Assembly: GCA_965208765.1 (NCBI GenBank)
Contig: OZ242354.1
Span: 6,015,140 to 6,079,139 of the forward strand
Length of the DNA stretch: 64,000 bases
From: Candidatus Poribacteria bacterium
GTDB taxonomy: Bacteria > Poribacteria > WGA-4E > JAJDTR01
Direction of reading: 5' to 3'
The notes beneath the pieces are model-generated. The model was not told the DNA's origin, did not search any database, and saw only the letters and a list, made by a program, of their open reading frames with translations. Numbering within the stretch: position 1 is the stretch's first letter; each line of letters begins with the position of its first letter. Below are positions 1 through 10,332 of the stretch, one piece after another. The translations under genes and the position numbers were made by a program.

Positions 1-243
1 CAAATAAGCCGTTAGCGCCAATTCTTATAACAACAGAGAGCCGCAATCAGCAGATAAGTTGCTACAGTATCTCTATCGTGTGCGTTGTCTGCGTTCTTGG
101 CTTGTTCGTTCGTTTAATCTCGCTCGATCCATCACAACCCACTCGGCAATCGGTGTTAATTCGATTTATCCTTATTAAGCAGGCGCAATTGGCCCGGCAG
201 ATGTATCGTCAGTAAAGTATTTCTTATCGAGTTTAACCCCGTC

Positions 244-272
244 TTGACGATTAGTTGTAGTATCGTTACAAT
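244..272 (+). promoter_or_regulatory. sigma70-type promoter upstream of the first LamG gene
   Basis: TTGACG-17 nt-TACAAT. Confidence 0.6.
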
Positions 273-444
273 CTTTCGTTGCGGCATCATAGGGGGGCGC
301 GTTTATTTCATCCGTCAATTGTCGGCAAGCCCATCTGTCCAAGTATTATGGGACAGAAGGAGTCCCAAGGACAGTGGATTTGCTGCAATAGATGCGTTAC
401 GGTCTTGGTCCTAGAGAATTACAACTTGGGGAGGATATAGAACG

Positions 445-1287
445 ATGAATCGTACAGTTCTATTCGCACTACACAGTTTCGTGGTCATCTTCTCTGTAGT
501 ACAATTTGCCCATGGAGCCATTGTCAAAGGCGATTTTGTTATGGCTTTTACTTTTGAAGGAGGGGATGAGAAGCTTGGCCAGTCAGCGGTAGGGATTCTC
601 AGAGATGTCTCCGGTAATGGCCATGACGGCGAGTTCAGGAAGAGTCCGAAATGGGTTGAAGGTGTAAGGGGCGCGGGGCTTGAGGTAGGCCCTGTTCGCA
701 AAGGTGTGAATGCTGGCTGGAATGCCGTTACTGTCCCGCATGCGAGCGAGATGGATCTTCAGAAGTTTGCAATTGCTGCGTGGGTTAAGGTGGATGAGCT
801 TGTAGGAGGATGCTGCAACATGATTGTAAGCAAGGAGAACTGGGCCGCGGACGCGACTCGCAATTATTCAATGTGGATGCGCGAGCAGGTTACCGTCGGA
901 TTTACGACGCGGAAGCCGTTCAATGATGTTCAGGCTCGCGGTATAGTCATAACCGATGGTGCATGGCATCACGCCGTTGGTACGTACGACGGTCAAACTC
1001 TTACCCAGTATGTGGATGGCGTGGCGTACGGCAAAGCCCCTTTTGCGGAACATGTACCGGCGTTTCATCTTTCGGAACGGCTACACATCGGTGCCATGGG
1101 GCCTTTCGGCAGCAGTCTAGGAATGTCAGGAATCGTTGATGAAGTTGCCATCTTCAACCGCGGTTTGACAGAAGATGAGGTGAACGACCTGATGACCAAC
1201 GGCCTTGAGAATCTTCTGGAATCTCAGGCTGTCGATCCGAGGTACAAAATGGCAACCACATGGGCGAAACTGAAATCAAACGAGTAG
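445..1287 (+). CDS. Secreted LamG-like jellyroll (ConA-like) protein with C-terminal TW[GA]xxK tail
   Basis: Signal peptide; DVSGNGHDG, WHHAVGTYDG, GIVDEVAIFNRGL motifs; ends VDPRYKMATTWAKLKSNE; GGAGG RBS. Confidence 0.85.
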   Translation: MNRTVLFALHSFVVIFSVVQFAHGAIVKGDFVMAFTFEGGDEKLGQSAVGILRDVSGNGHDGEFRKSPKWVEGVRGAGLEVGPVRKGVNAGWNAVTVPHASEMDLQKFAIAAWVKVDELVGGCCNMIVSKENWAADATRNYSMWMREQVTVGFTTRKPFNDVQARGIVITDGAWHHAVGTYDGQTLTQYVDGVAYGKAPFAEHVPAFHLSERLHIGAMGPFGSSLGMSGIVDEVAIFNRGLTEDEVNDLMTNGLENLLESQAVDPRYKMATTWAKLKSNE

Positions 1288-1595
1288 CAGCGTCATCGGG
1301 TTTAATTTTGGGAGTATCATTCAGTCTGTCACCGGGCGACTTCCCTACAATCGAGGGTGACGGAGGTTCGGCAAACTGCAAGCGATTCAGGGGATAATAG
1401 GAGGGGACGAAATCGTAAGATCTTCATGTGATTATTCTTAAACTTAAGCGCCGGTATCCTTAGGAGGTAAGCCAGATCATATCTGGCGTTTGGTGATATA
1501 TTAGCGATGCGCGATGACGGTTGGTTGCACTACAGAAACAAAGTCACAACCTCGCAGTTCATTGCACCAGCTTCATGACATAGGGAGGAATTGAC

Positions 1596-2633
1596 ATGAA
1601 AAGGCACGTCCGGATTGCACATGGATTAGTCGTCGTTTTGCTCTTGAGCATTGTTTCAATCGGTGACGCGCAGCCACAACAAGGGCTGTGGGAGGAGCGG
1701 AATGCGCCTATGCCTACCAAAAGACAAGGCTATGCCACCAGTGCCGTGGCTGGGAAGATTTATGCTATTGGCGGATACCTTTGGCATGATGACGAGCCAA
1801 AATTGGGGCGAGTACTTGGAACTGTAGAAGAATACGATCCTGCGACCAATCAATGGAGAGACAGAACGGGCATGCGAATAGCGCGCGCCTATCTTTCAAC
1901 CAGTGCTATAGATCGGACAACCAGTGCTATAGATGGGATTATCTATGCGATTGGGGGAGAAGTTCAAAGGTGGTGGTCGAGAAAACACGTGGAAGCGTAC
2001 GATCCTGCAGCAGACAACTGGGTAAAAAAGGCAGATATGATGACGGCGAGATCTTGGTTCTCCACGAGTGCAGCACATGGAAAGATCTATGCAATGGATC
2101 ACCAGTCGGTTGAGGCGTATGACCCGGTGGCAGATGTTTGGCAGAGGAGCGTTGCCGTGCCAACCAAAAGAAGTGGTTTTGGCATTAGCGTGGTGGGCGG
2201 TGTTATCTATGCCATGGGAGGATTGGATTGGGAACAGCACAAACACCTAGACGTCGTCGAAGCTTATGACCCTGCCACCGGAAGATGGACTACCAGAGCC
2301 GCGATGCCAGAAGCACGATACGGATTCACAGCTAGCGTTGTAAGGGATAAAATCTACGTGATGGGCGGTCGCGGAAGTGAAGGCCATCGACTTCTAACGA
2401 TCGATGTGTATGACCCCGACACGAATACCTGGGAGCCAAGAGGTGAGACGCCGGATCTATTCTCTCGCTACACCACGTGTGTTGTAGATGGAAAGATATA
2501 TATCTTCGCGGGGGTCTGGGACCTCGGACATAGTGTGTTAGTCTATACTCCGCCGGTTGCTGGAGGACCGCAAAGTGTCAATCCCGCAAGTAAGCTGGCT
2601 ACAACTTGGGGACAAGTGAAGGTGGGGCGGTAA
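1596..2633 (+). CDS. Secreted Kelch-repeat beta-propeller protein with C-terminal TWG tail
   Basis: Repeated GKIYAIGG...VEEYDPATNQW units; signal peptide; ends VNPASKLATTWGQVKVGR. Confidence 0.9.
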   Translation: MKRHVRIAHGLVVVLLLSIVSIGDAQPQQGLWEERNAPMPTKRQGYATSAVAGKIYAIGGYLWHDDEPKLGRVLGTVEEYDPATNQWRDRTGMRIARAYLSTSAIDRTTSAIDGIIYAIGGEVQRWWSRKHVEAYDPAADNWVKKADMMTARSWFSTSAAHGKIYAMDHQSVEAYDPVADVWQRSVAVPTKRSGFGISVVGGVIYAMGGLDWEQHKHLDVVEAYDPATGRWTTRAAMPEARYGFTASVVRDKIYVMGGRGSEGHRLLTIDVYDPDTNTWEPRGETPDLFSRYTTCVVDGKIYIFAGVWDLGHSVLVYTPPVAGGPQSVNPASKLATTWGQVKVGR

Positions 2634-2895
2634 ACGGCTAATGCGACTCATTAATGGACGCTGAGCAGCGCGCCTGTCAGAGAAAGCAGAAGTATTAACC
2701 AGTATGTCATTAGGGATTACGCATTGTTGTAGCGTACGTTACGCCGGGGTTCTGTAATGTGGCCGAAACTGGCGGTCGTCGTTATCTCATCGCTGATGCT
2801 GTTTGCGATTCGAGGCGACCAGAACATCGTGTCCAAGTCACGCACGCATGGGTGAAGATACGATTCCCAGAGTCATTATCCAGAAGGAAACAGCC

Positions 2896-3918
2896 ATGAA
2901 ACGACGAATATGTCTGCTAAAGTGTCTCGCTATCTTAGGGAGTGTGAGTATTTCTTCAACGGTTTGGGCGGCGCCCAAAGGAGATGTGTGGCTGAGCAAA
3001 CATACCCCGATGCCGAGCAAAAGGGTGGGGTTTTCCACGAGCGCCGTGAACGGGAAGATTTACGCTATTGGCGGTACGGATTGGGACGATGAGCCGCGAC
3101 ATGGAGTAGTCCTTCGTACTGTTGAAGAATATGACCCTTTAACTAACCAATGGAAGCGGCGTGAGGGCATGCGAGTCGCGAGAAGCTTTCTCGCCACAAC
3201 TGCCGCGAACGGGAAGATTTACGCTACCGGCGGCAGTGTTCAACTGTTTTGGGACAGGAGGCACGTGGAAGAATATAATCCTGTAACCGACACCTGGGAG
3301 ACGAAGGCGGATATGCTTGCGGCACGGTCTGATCACTTTGCAAACACCGTAGATGGGAAGATTTATGTGATAGGGCCAGCCGCCCATGGGTCGGTCGAAG
3401 CATACGATCCGGCCGCGGATAGATGGGAAGAAAAATCGGCGCTCCCAGAGCGTAGAAGTTTATTTGCCACAAGTGTTGTAGATGGGAAAATCTATGTAAT
3501 CGGAGGCGCGAGGTGGAATCCCACGAGAATCCTGGCGACAGTTGAAGTATATGATCCCGCCTCAGACACGTGGGAAACGAGAGCCGATATGCCAACGCCC
3601 AGATTTAATCTGTCTGCGAATGCTGTCAATGGGATTATTTACGCTATCGGCGGATCTACTGATGGAGGGCTTCGAGCATTACCAACGGTGGAAGCGTACA
3701 ACCCTGAAACGGACACCTGGGAAACGATGGCAGATATGCCAGAAGGGAGGTCTGGCTTCTCCTCCAGTGTAGTCAACGAGAAAATATATGTTTTTGCGAG
3801 TTTCAGGGAGTTCAGGCGAACCGTGCTAATCTATACGCCGCCATCTAGACCTCCTCGAAGCGTCCATCCGAAGGGCAAGATGGCAACAACGTGGGGGCAG
3901 ATAAAAGCACAGCGATAG
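2896..3918 (+). CDS. Secreted Kelch-repeat protein, paralog of 1596..2633
   Basis: Six Kelch repeats; ATG 2896 follows AAGGA; ends VHPKGKMATTWGQIKAQR. Confidence 0.9.
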   Translation: MKRRICLLKCLAILGSVSISSTVWAAPKGDVWLSKHTPMPSKRVGFSTSAVNGKIYAIGGTDWDDEPRHGVVLRTVEEYDPLTNQWKRREGMRVARSFLATTAANGKIYATGGSVQLFWDRRHVEEYNPVTDTWETKADMLAARSDHFANTVDGKIYVIGPAAHGSVEAYDPAADRWEEKSALPERRSLFATSVVDGKIYVIGGARWNPTRILATVEVYDPASDTWETRADMPTPRFNLSANAVNGIIYAIGGSTDGGLRALPTVEAYNPETDTWETMADMPEGRSGFSSSVVNEKIYVFASFREFRRTVLIYTPPSRPPRSVHPKGKMATTWGQIKAQR

Positions 3919-4131
3919 GCACGTTGTCCCACTCAGATAAACTCACGTAGGAAAGCATATAGCTTTCATGGATCACGTTGGGTTGCCATCTTTATTTGAA
4001 ATTTAGCCATGAGTTTCCAATGACGAGGTCAGTGTACCCGGTATTCTCCCGCCGGTTCCGCAGGAATCATAGAACAGAACGCCAAATCCTCACCAGACAA
4101 TACTCCCCACTGTCCTACTGAAATTAACCTC

Positions 4132-4160
4132 TTGACGAAGTTCAGAAAGTAAGATAATCT
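4132..4160 (+). promoter_or_regulatory. Putative sigma70 promoter
   Basis: TTGACG-17 nt-TAATCT, about 80 nt before ATG 4241. Confidence 0.4.
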
Positions 4161-4240
4161 AAGGAACTTCCGCAGATCTGGTTAAGTTCTGCTGAATCCC
4201 TCGCGCAAACTCCAAACTTAGGACCTAGTAAATCCTCTCA

Positions 4241-6184
4241 ATGGCTTTGAGTTCAAGCAAGCAGCCTCACTATCGGTCAAATGATGAATCTTTGAGGCAA
4301 ACACAGGTCACGTGGCGGGCGGTGCTTATCGCTCTCGTGTTGATACCGTTCAACTCATTTTGGATCGTTTACATGGAGACGGTCCATTATATCGCCCACT
4401 CCACCAATTTTAGCCTACTCTTCCATGCCATCTTCAATCTCACCCTTCTGCTTATGCTGAATGCCGTCCTGCGGCGAATTTCGCCGAGGTTGGTGCTCGG
4501 GCAGGGCGAGCTGGTCACCATCTATGTGATGCTCTGCATCGCTGGAACGCTCGCCGGACACAGCATGATGCAGATTCTCCCGCCTACCCTCGCCGCGCCC
4601 GTCGGTTTTGCCACTCCAGAGAACGACTGGAAAAACCTCTTCGGTCACCACTATCCCGACTGGCTTATCGTCACGGACACAAAGGCGCTGACCGGCTACA
4701 TGGCGACGGCTACGAAGCGACCCACCACGTTGTATATCGAAGCGCACATCCGACCGTGGATTGTGCCGGTGATCGCATGGACGGCGTTGATCTGTGTTTT
4801 CATGTTCGTCATGCTCTGCATAAACGCCATTCTCAGAAAACAGTGGACAGAACGCGAACGTCTCACCTATCCACTCACGCAGTTGCCGTATGAAATGACA
4901 AATCCGAAATCGGGGCTCCTTAAGAGTCGACTTCTTTGGATCAGCTTTGCGGTGGTTTGCATCATCAACATATTGAACGGTTTGCACACGTTCTATCCGG
5001 TTGTGCCATCGTTGCAGCTTCGCGCCTACAACTTGGGCAATTTCTTCACGACGAAACCGTGGGACGCCATCGGATATATGGCGTTGCTGGTGCGCCCATT
5101 TTTGCTCGGTCTCATCTTTCTCGTACCCCTCGACATCGCGTTCTCATGTTGGGTGTTCTTCTTTTTCTGGAAGGCGCAGTTGGTATTGGGCGAGGCGTGG
5201 GGATTTCAGAAGCGGCCCGAATTTCCCGAGCAGTCCGCCGGCGCTTATATTGCGCTCTGCGTCATCGCCGTCTGGACGGGCAAGCACCACTTTTCCAGAG
5301 TGATTCGCTCGGTCTGGGACCGTCGACTTGCCGGAGATAGCGAGAAGGAGGCGCTGCCGTACAATGTCGCCGTGTACGGCGTAATTGCGGGTTTCCTGTT
5401 TATCGTCATATTTTGTTGGCAGGCTGGCATGACATGGTGGGGCGCCGCCATATTCTTTGCGCTGCTGCTCATGACGAATATCGGAGTGACACGCATCCGC
5501 GCCGAGGTTGGTTCGCCCGTGCACGACCTGCACTTCGCAGGTCCGGAAATACTTATGCTGGACGCGTTTGGTACGCGGCGAGTGGGACCGCGGACATTGT
5601 CTATTATCTCGCTTTTCTGGTTTCTTACCCGGGCACACTACAGCGATCCGATGCCACACCAACTCGAAGGTTTCCGGATTGCTGATCGCTCGCGAATGAA
5701 TCAACGACGCGTTTTCGCCGTAATGCTCGTTGCCATTGTCGTTGGAACTGTAATCGCATTCTGGGCGCTGCTTGATGCCGGATACAAGCATGGCGCGAGT
5801 TGGGGCGGCGAGCCACTCGGCAGATTAAACCGCTGGTTAATCTATCCGATGCACCCCGATATGTACGGAATCGGCTATTTTAGTTTTGGATTACTGTTCG
5901 GTCTGTTTGTAATGTTTATGCGGGTGAGGTTCCTGTGGTGGCCGCTCCATCCTGCCGGTTACGCCGTATCCAGCACATACGGGATGCGGGATACGTGGTT
6001 CATGTTCTTTACGGCGTGGCTCATAAAATGGATTCTCCTGAAAGCGGGCGGTATGAAAGCGCACCGCGCCGCCATCCCGTTTTTCCTCGGCATGGTCTTG
6101 GCAGACTTCCTCGTCGGCGGCTGTTGGGCGTTGTTGGGTGTGCTGCTTAACGTGCGGACGTATGGATTCACCGCGTGGTGGTGA
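4241..6184 (+). CDS. Polytopic membrane protein, DUF6785/DUF6784-like (distantly OPT-transporter-like)
   Basis: Many hydrophobic segments; LRKQWTERERLTYPL, RIRAEVG and WWPLHPAGY motifs. Confidence 0.7.
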   Translation: MALSSSKQPHYRSNDESLRQTQVTWRAVLIALVLIPFNSFWIVYMETVHYIAHSTNFSLLFHAIFNLTLLLMLNAVLRRISPRLVLGQGELVTIYVMLCIAGTLAGHSMMQILPPTLAAPVGFATPENDWKNLFGHHYPDWLIVTDTKALTGYMATATKRPTTLYIEAHIRPWIVPVIAWTALICVFMFVMLCINAILRKQWTERERLTYPLTQLPYEMTNPKSGLLKSRLLWISFAVVCIINILNGLHTFYPVVPSLQLRAYNLGNFFTTKPWDAIGYMALLVRPFLLGLIFLVPLDIAFSCWVFFFFWKAQLVLGEAWGFQKRPEFPEQSAGAYIALCVIAVWTGKHHFSRVIRSVWDRRLAGDSEKEALPYNVAVYGVIAGFLFIVIFCWQAGMTWWGAAIFFALLLMTNIGVTRIRAEVGSPVHDLHFAGPEILMLDAFGTRRVGPRTLSIISLFWFLTRAHYSDPMPHQLEGFRIADRSRMNQRRVFAVMLVAIVVGTVIAFWALLDAGYKHGASWGGEPLGRLNRWLIYPMHPDMYGIGYFSFGLLFGLFVMFMRVRFLWWPLHPAGYAVSSTYGMRDTWFMFFTAWLIKWILLKAGGMKAHRAAIPFFLGMVLADFLVGGCWALLGVLLNVRTYGFTAWW

Positions 6185-6266
6185 TCCTTCCTTCGTCACT
6201 CCTATCAGATTTCCGACCTGCTGATGATGTTCAAATGACGCAATTGCTTCCGAAGAGGGACAAGCA

Positions 6267-7421
6267 ATGAAAATTACGCGCGTAGAATCGTTTTTGACGA
6301 ATGCCCGTTTGCGAAACTATTTGTTCATTCGGCTCACGACCGACAGCGGGTTGAGCGGGATTGGGGAAGCTTCTCTGGAGTGGCAGGAAAAAACGGTTCA
6401 CACCCTCATCGACGAATGGGTGACGGAGCGTGTTTTGGGAACGGATCCCTTTGACATCGAAACCGTCATCGGCGGAATGATTCGGGACCAATATCAGGGC
6501 GGTTCGACCGTGATGACCGCCATCAGCGGCGTGGAAATCGCGTTCTGGGACATCATCGGCAAAGCCTGCGGTCAACCGGCCTATAAGTTGCTCGGCGGTC
6601 GTTGCCATGATCGACTCGAGGCCTATGCCAACGGTTGGTACGGCGGGGCTGGGACTCCTCGGGAGTATGCGGAGGCAGCTAGAGACGCGGTAAGCCGCGG
6701 GTACAAAGCACTGAAGTTCGATCCGTTTGGCACGGCGTGGAAGGAAATGAGCCGCGATGAAATGGATGAAGCGGAATCCCTGGTCGCAGCTGTGCGTGAT
6801 GAGGTCGGCGACAGAATCAGGTTGATGATTGAGGCACACGGACGTTTATCCGTCGGAAGCGCAATTGAGATGGGGAGACGGTTGGAACAGTACGTGCCCG
6901 CGTGGTACGAGGAGCCGGTGTCGCCGAATAGCTTAGAGCTGCTGAAGGACGTCAAGAATGCTCTGCCATTCCCGATCGCGGCAGGAGAGCGGCTGTACAC
7001 CTTGGAAGATTTCTATCGATTCACGGCGATGCGGGCGGCGGACATCGTGCAGATGGACCCCGCTCATTGCGGCGGGTTACTCGTTACGAAGAAAATCGCC
7101 GCGATGGCGGAAGCGCAAGATATCAAGGTTTCGCCGCACTGTTCGATCGGTCCGGTGGCGTTATGCGCCGCGCTGCATGTGGATTGGTCAACGCCCAATG
7201 TAATAATTCAAGAAAACTTCGGGGATTACGATGTCCCGTGGCGTAATGAATTGGTTTTCGGCTGGAACCCCGTAGAGAATGGCGAATATTTGCTACCGGA
7301 AAAGCCGGGGCTCGGTATTGAACTCAATACGGCGCTTTGCGCCGAACACCCGTATAAGAAGAATAGCTTTCCATCACTTTGGGATAAGCGGTGGCTCAAA
7401 GACTTTACACAGAGTAGTTAG
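6267..7421 (+). CDS. Mandelate racemase/muconate lactonizing enzyme family protein (galactonate dehydratase-like)
   Basis: SGVEIAFWDIIGK, YANGW, KFDPFG, EEP, GERL motifs. Confidence 0.9.
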   Translation: MKITRVESFLTNARLRNYLFIRLTTDSGLSGIGEASLEWQEKTVHTLIDEWVTERVLGTDPFDIETVIGGMIRDQYQGGSTVMTAISGVEIAFWDIIGKACGQPAYKLLGGRCHDRLEAYANGWYGGAGTPREYAEAARDAVSRGYKALKFDPFGTAWKEMSRDEMDEAESLVAAVRDEVGDRIRLMIEAHGRLSVGSAIEMGRRLEQYVPAWYEEPVSPNSLELLKDVKNALPFPIAAGERLYTLEDFYRFTAMRAADIVQMDPAHCGGLLVTKKIAAMAEAQDIKVSPHCSIGPVALCAALHVDWSTPNVIIQENFGDYDVPWRNELVFGWNPVENGEYLLPEKPGLGIELNTALCAEHPYKKNSFPSLWDKRWLKDFTQSS

Positions 7422-7435
7422 ACATTCCTCTATAG

Positions 7436-7591
7436 TAACCCAAGTTGCCACCTCTGTTCAACCGAGGCACAGAAACCGAGTTTTTTCCGACGTGGATACA
7501 CGAGACTGCCGAAAATTAGTCCAATTTACCTGAAACTTGGCAAACGCGAACCAAAAACTCGGTTTCTTTGTTTAGGTAGCAACTTGCGTTA
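7436..7591. mobile_element. MITE/REPIN-like nested inverted repeat element
   Basis: Outer IR TAACCCAAGTTGCCACCT / AGGTAGCAACTTGCGTTA (16/18 match); inner IR AGAAACCGAGTTTTT / AAAAACTCGGTTTCT. Confidence 0.65.
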
Positions 7592-7751
7592 GTAATACAA
7601 AAAAATTAACCATACACCGTGGTAGGTTCGGCTTCCTAACCGAACCGATATTAACCCCGACTCGCAGCGCGGTTGGTAAACTCACCTACCGAGCACCTGA
7701 AGATGCGCATGGCAATTACTTTAGCAGACGTGTTGTCGCGCTTCGTTAGTT

Positions 7752-8504
7752 TCAGCCGAGCGCGGTCTTGATTACCTCAACGCACCTTTTGCAATTCGGA
7801 ACAGGATTTTCGACATCCCCTTCGTACTCTATGGTCAGGTATTGGTCATAACCGGTTTCACTCAATAACTGAATGAGCGCATCAAGGCGTAGATTCCCCT
7901 CTCCAATGACTGTATCTTCGGGGTGACCATCTCGCGCAGAGATAAAGTCTTTCAGGTGGACGCCGTGTAGTCTATCTCTGTATTTCTCCGCCATTTCTAC
8001 CGGATCATATCCGCTATCAAGCATCCAAGCCGTATCCAAACACAATCCGATGTTCTCCGATGTGCGCGAAAAAACTCGATCTAGCGCGTCAGGCGAGCCG
8101 AGGTTATGTTTTCGTCCATGATTGTGAATGGCAATTTTGATGTCAAATTCCTCGCATAGCGGCTCAATGCAGAGGGCGGTTTCTATCTCTTCGCCGCTTG
8201 GAAAACTAGCAGCCAAGCTATCCAGTCCAATCTCTTTCGCGAATTCAAACCAAGTGCGATTTTTCGCTATGTCGGCATTGAGTCCGTTTACCCCGTGACC
8301 ACTGACTTCAATGCCATTTGAACGATACTTATTGATTATCGACATGTAGTCGGAGTCCTGAAGCGGATCTACAAACATGCTTCCCAACTCAATGTAGTCG
8401 AGGCCGCAGGCTTTTGTGGCTTGGATAATCTCCTCGGGCTTGGACCATGTGCGAAAGCACCAACTCTGGATACTAATTCTCATTTTGAATTCCTTCGATT
8501 TCAT
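7752..8504 (-). CDS. Sugar phosphate isomerase/epimerase (xylose isomerase-like TIM barrel)
   Basis: IAIHNH, CLDTAW, VHLKD, TIEYE metal-binding motifs. Confidence 0.88.
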   Translation of the reverse strand: MKSKEFKMRISIQSWCFRTWSKPEEIIQATKACGLDYIELGSMFVDPLQDSDYMSIINKYRSNGIEVSGHGVNGLNADIAKNRTWFEFAKEIGLDSLAASFPSGEEIETALCIEPLCEEFDIKIAIHNHGRKHNLGSPDALDRVFSRTSENIGLCLDTAWMLDSGYDPVEMAEKYRDRLHGVHLKDFISARDGHPEDTVIGEGNLRLDALIQLLSETGYDQYLTIEYEGDVENPVPNCKRCVEVIKTALG

Positions 8505-8781
8505 TGTCAGTTTATCGCCGCGACTCTGCGGCTACGACGGCATATAATTCCCCTAGAAGGAGAGTTCCTAGATTCTACACTCTTCCGCTAAGTCGGTCAA
8601 TGGGATTCAAGATAATACTCGGGGGCGGTTGCATCCACATCTCACGTTTATTAACGCTCACTGCTTCGTTTTGAAGAGTTCGTGCAAGGATACGATATTA
8701 GCAAGAGTGAAACCAAGAAACCGGTCAAAGTCGAATCTTCTCTGTCTATTGCCAACATCTGTTCCATTCCACTGTTTTCTG

Positions 8782-8810
8782 TTGCGGAAATCATGAGGCG
8801 TTGCTATAAT
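8782..8810 (+). promoter_or_regulatory. Extended -10 sigma70 promoter; nearly leaderless epoxide hydrolase mRNA
   Basis: TTGCGG-17 nt-TATAAT with TGn; ATG at 8822 has no SD sequence. Confidence 0.55.
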
Positions 8811-8821
8811 TGGCATCTCCT

Positions 8822-10039
8822 ATGTCAATCGCAGTTCAACCCTACTTATTAGACGTTCCGCAAGACGTTCTGGACGATCTTCGGACACGACTGGAACGTA
8901 CGCGCTTACCGGGCACGGTGCCCGGAACCGGTTGGAGTCGAGGTGTGGACTTCAACTATATGCAAGATCTGATTGACTACTGGATTCACGAATACAACTG
9001 GCGCAAACAGGAAGCAAAACTCAATCGTTATCAGCAGTTTAGAGCAGAGGTTGACGGGCTCGGTATTCATTTTGTTCACGAAGAGGGCAAGGGGCCAAAT
9101 CCCATGCCGCTGTTCATGATGCACGGGTACCCGTGGTCGTTCATATTGTTGTTGCGAATCCTCCCGATGCTTACCGATCCCGCCTCCTACGGCGGCGATC
9201 CGGAAGATGCGTTCACGGTAGTTATCCCGTCCATTATCGGTTTTGGATTCTCTGATTATCCCACTGAGAGCGGATTTGGATTTCAGCACCACCCGAAGAT
9301 TTACGACAAATTGATGACGCAAGGGTTGGGCTATGGACGTTACGGAATTGAAGGCGGAGATTGGGGCGGTTTCATAACGGCTCCGTTTGGCTACCATCAT
9401 CCGGAAAACCTAATTGGCATTCACCTTAACTGCTTGTTTCCACGTCTCGGAGATGAGCGAGAACCTGAAGACAAAGATCCTGATATTCTGCGCGGACTTG
9501 GCATGAAATGGGCACCCGTCAAGCCCAAAGATCCCGATATGCTGCGTTATTGGAAGAACGTTGAGAACTACTGGATTGATGAAGGCGCCTACTGTCACCA
9601 ACAGATGACGCGCCCCCAGACGCTTGCCATCGGCATGACTGATTCGCCGGCGGGACTCGCGGCATGGATAATTGAAAAATGGCGTGCGTGGTGCGGGTGG
9701 GGCGACGATTTCGAGAAACTCTTTCCCCGGGACATGCTTATCACCAATGTCATGCTGTACTGGGTGACCAACTCGTTCTGGTCAGCGATACGCCTTTATA
9801 GCGAGTCCTACTATCACCCGTGGGAGCTTCCGCCGGGGGAACGGATCGAGGTGGCGACAGCGGTATCCGCGTACCCTCACGAATTGGCGCCGATCGTCCG
9901 AAAGCGAGCAGAACGCTACTATAACGTGGTGCATTACAACGATTATCCGGAAGGCGGACATTTCGCGATTCACGAGCGTCCGGAGGAGATGGCGGCGGAT
10001 CTGCGGGAGTTCTTCCGGCCGCTGCGTACACATGACTAA
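8822..10039 (+). CDS. Epoxide hydrolase (EHN domain plus alpha/beta hydrolase)
   Basis: LDDLRTRL, HGYPWSF, GGDWG, DSPAGLAAWIIEK, GGHFA motifs. Confidence 0.92.
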   Translation: MSIAVQPYLLDVPQDVLDDLRTRLERTRLPGTVPGTGWSRGVDFNYMQDLIDYWIHEYNWRKQEAKLNRYQQFRAEVDGLGIHFVHEEGKGPNPMPLFMMHGYPWSFILLLRILPMLTDPASYGGDPEDAFTVVIPSIIGFGFSDYPTESGFGFQHHPKIYDKLMTQGLGYGRYGIEGGDWGGFITAPFGYHHPENLIGIHLNCLFPRLGDEREPEDKDPDILRGLGMKWAPVKPKDPDMLRYWKNVENYWIDEGAYCHQQMTRPQTLAIGMTDSPAGLAAWIIEKWRAWCGWGDDFEKLFPRDMLITNVMLYWVTNSFWSAIRLYSESYYHPWELPPGERIEVATAVSAYPHELAPIVRKRAERYYNVVHYNDYPEGGHFAIHERPEEMAADLREFFRPLRTHD

Positions 10040-10267
10040 GCGGCGCCATGCGAGTTTAGTCCCTTCGATCACATGTTCATTACGAGCTTGGGTGATTGTA
10101 GATTAGCGTAGCTCAAGAGAGTATTGCGTGTCGAACTTCACGCATCTCGTATGTGCCTGATTGAATAATCGGTAGCCGAGCCGGTCTTGGTTGTTTCCAA
10201 GAAGTTTCTTCATGCGTTTACTTTGGACTGCTATGTACCTAATCGCACCTCAGGAAATTTTAAATTC

Positions 10268-10290
10268 TGGTGCGCGGTGCGCACCCTACA
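10268..10290. repeat. GTAG-type REP palindrome (family B)
   Basis: TGGTGCGCGGTGCGCACCCTACA; relatives at 11864-11887, 46591-46614, 50714-50735. Confidence 0.7.
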
Positions 10291-10332
10291 GATTCTTTTC
10301 AAACGGGCTCTATTGGCGGACAGGGCGGGATC

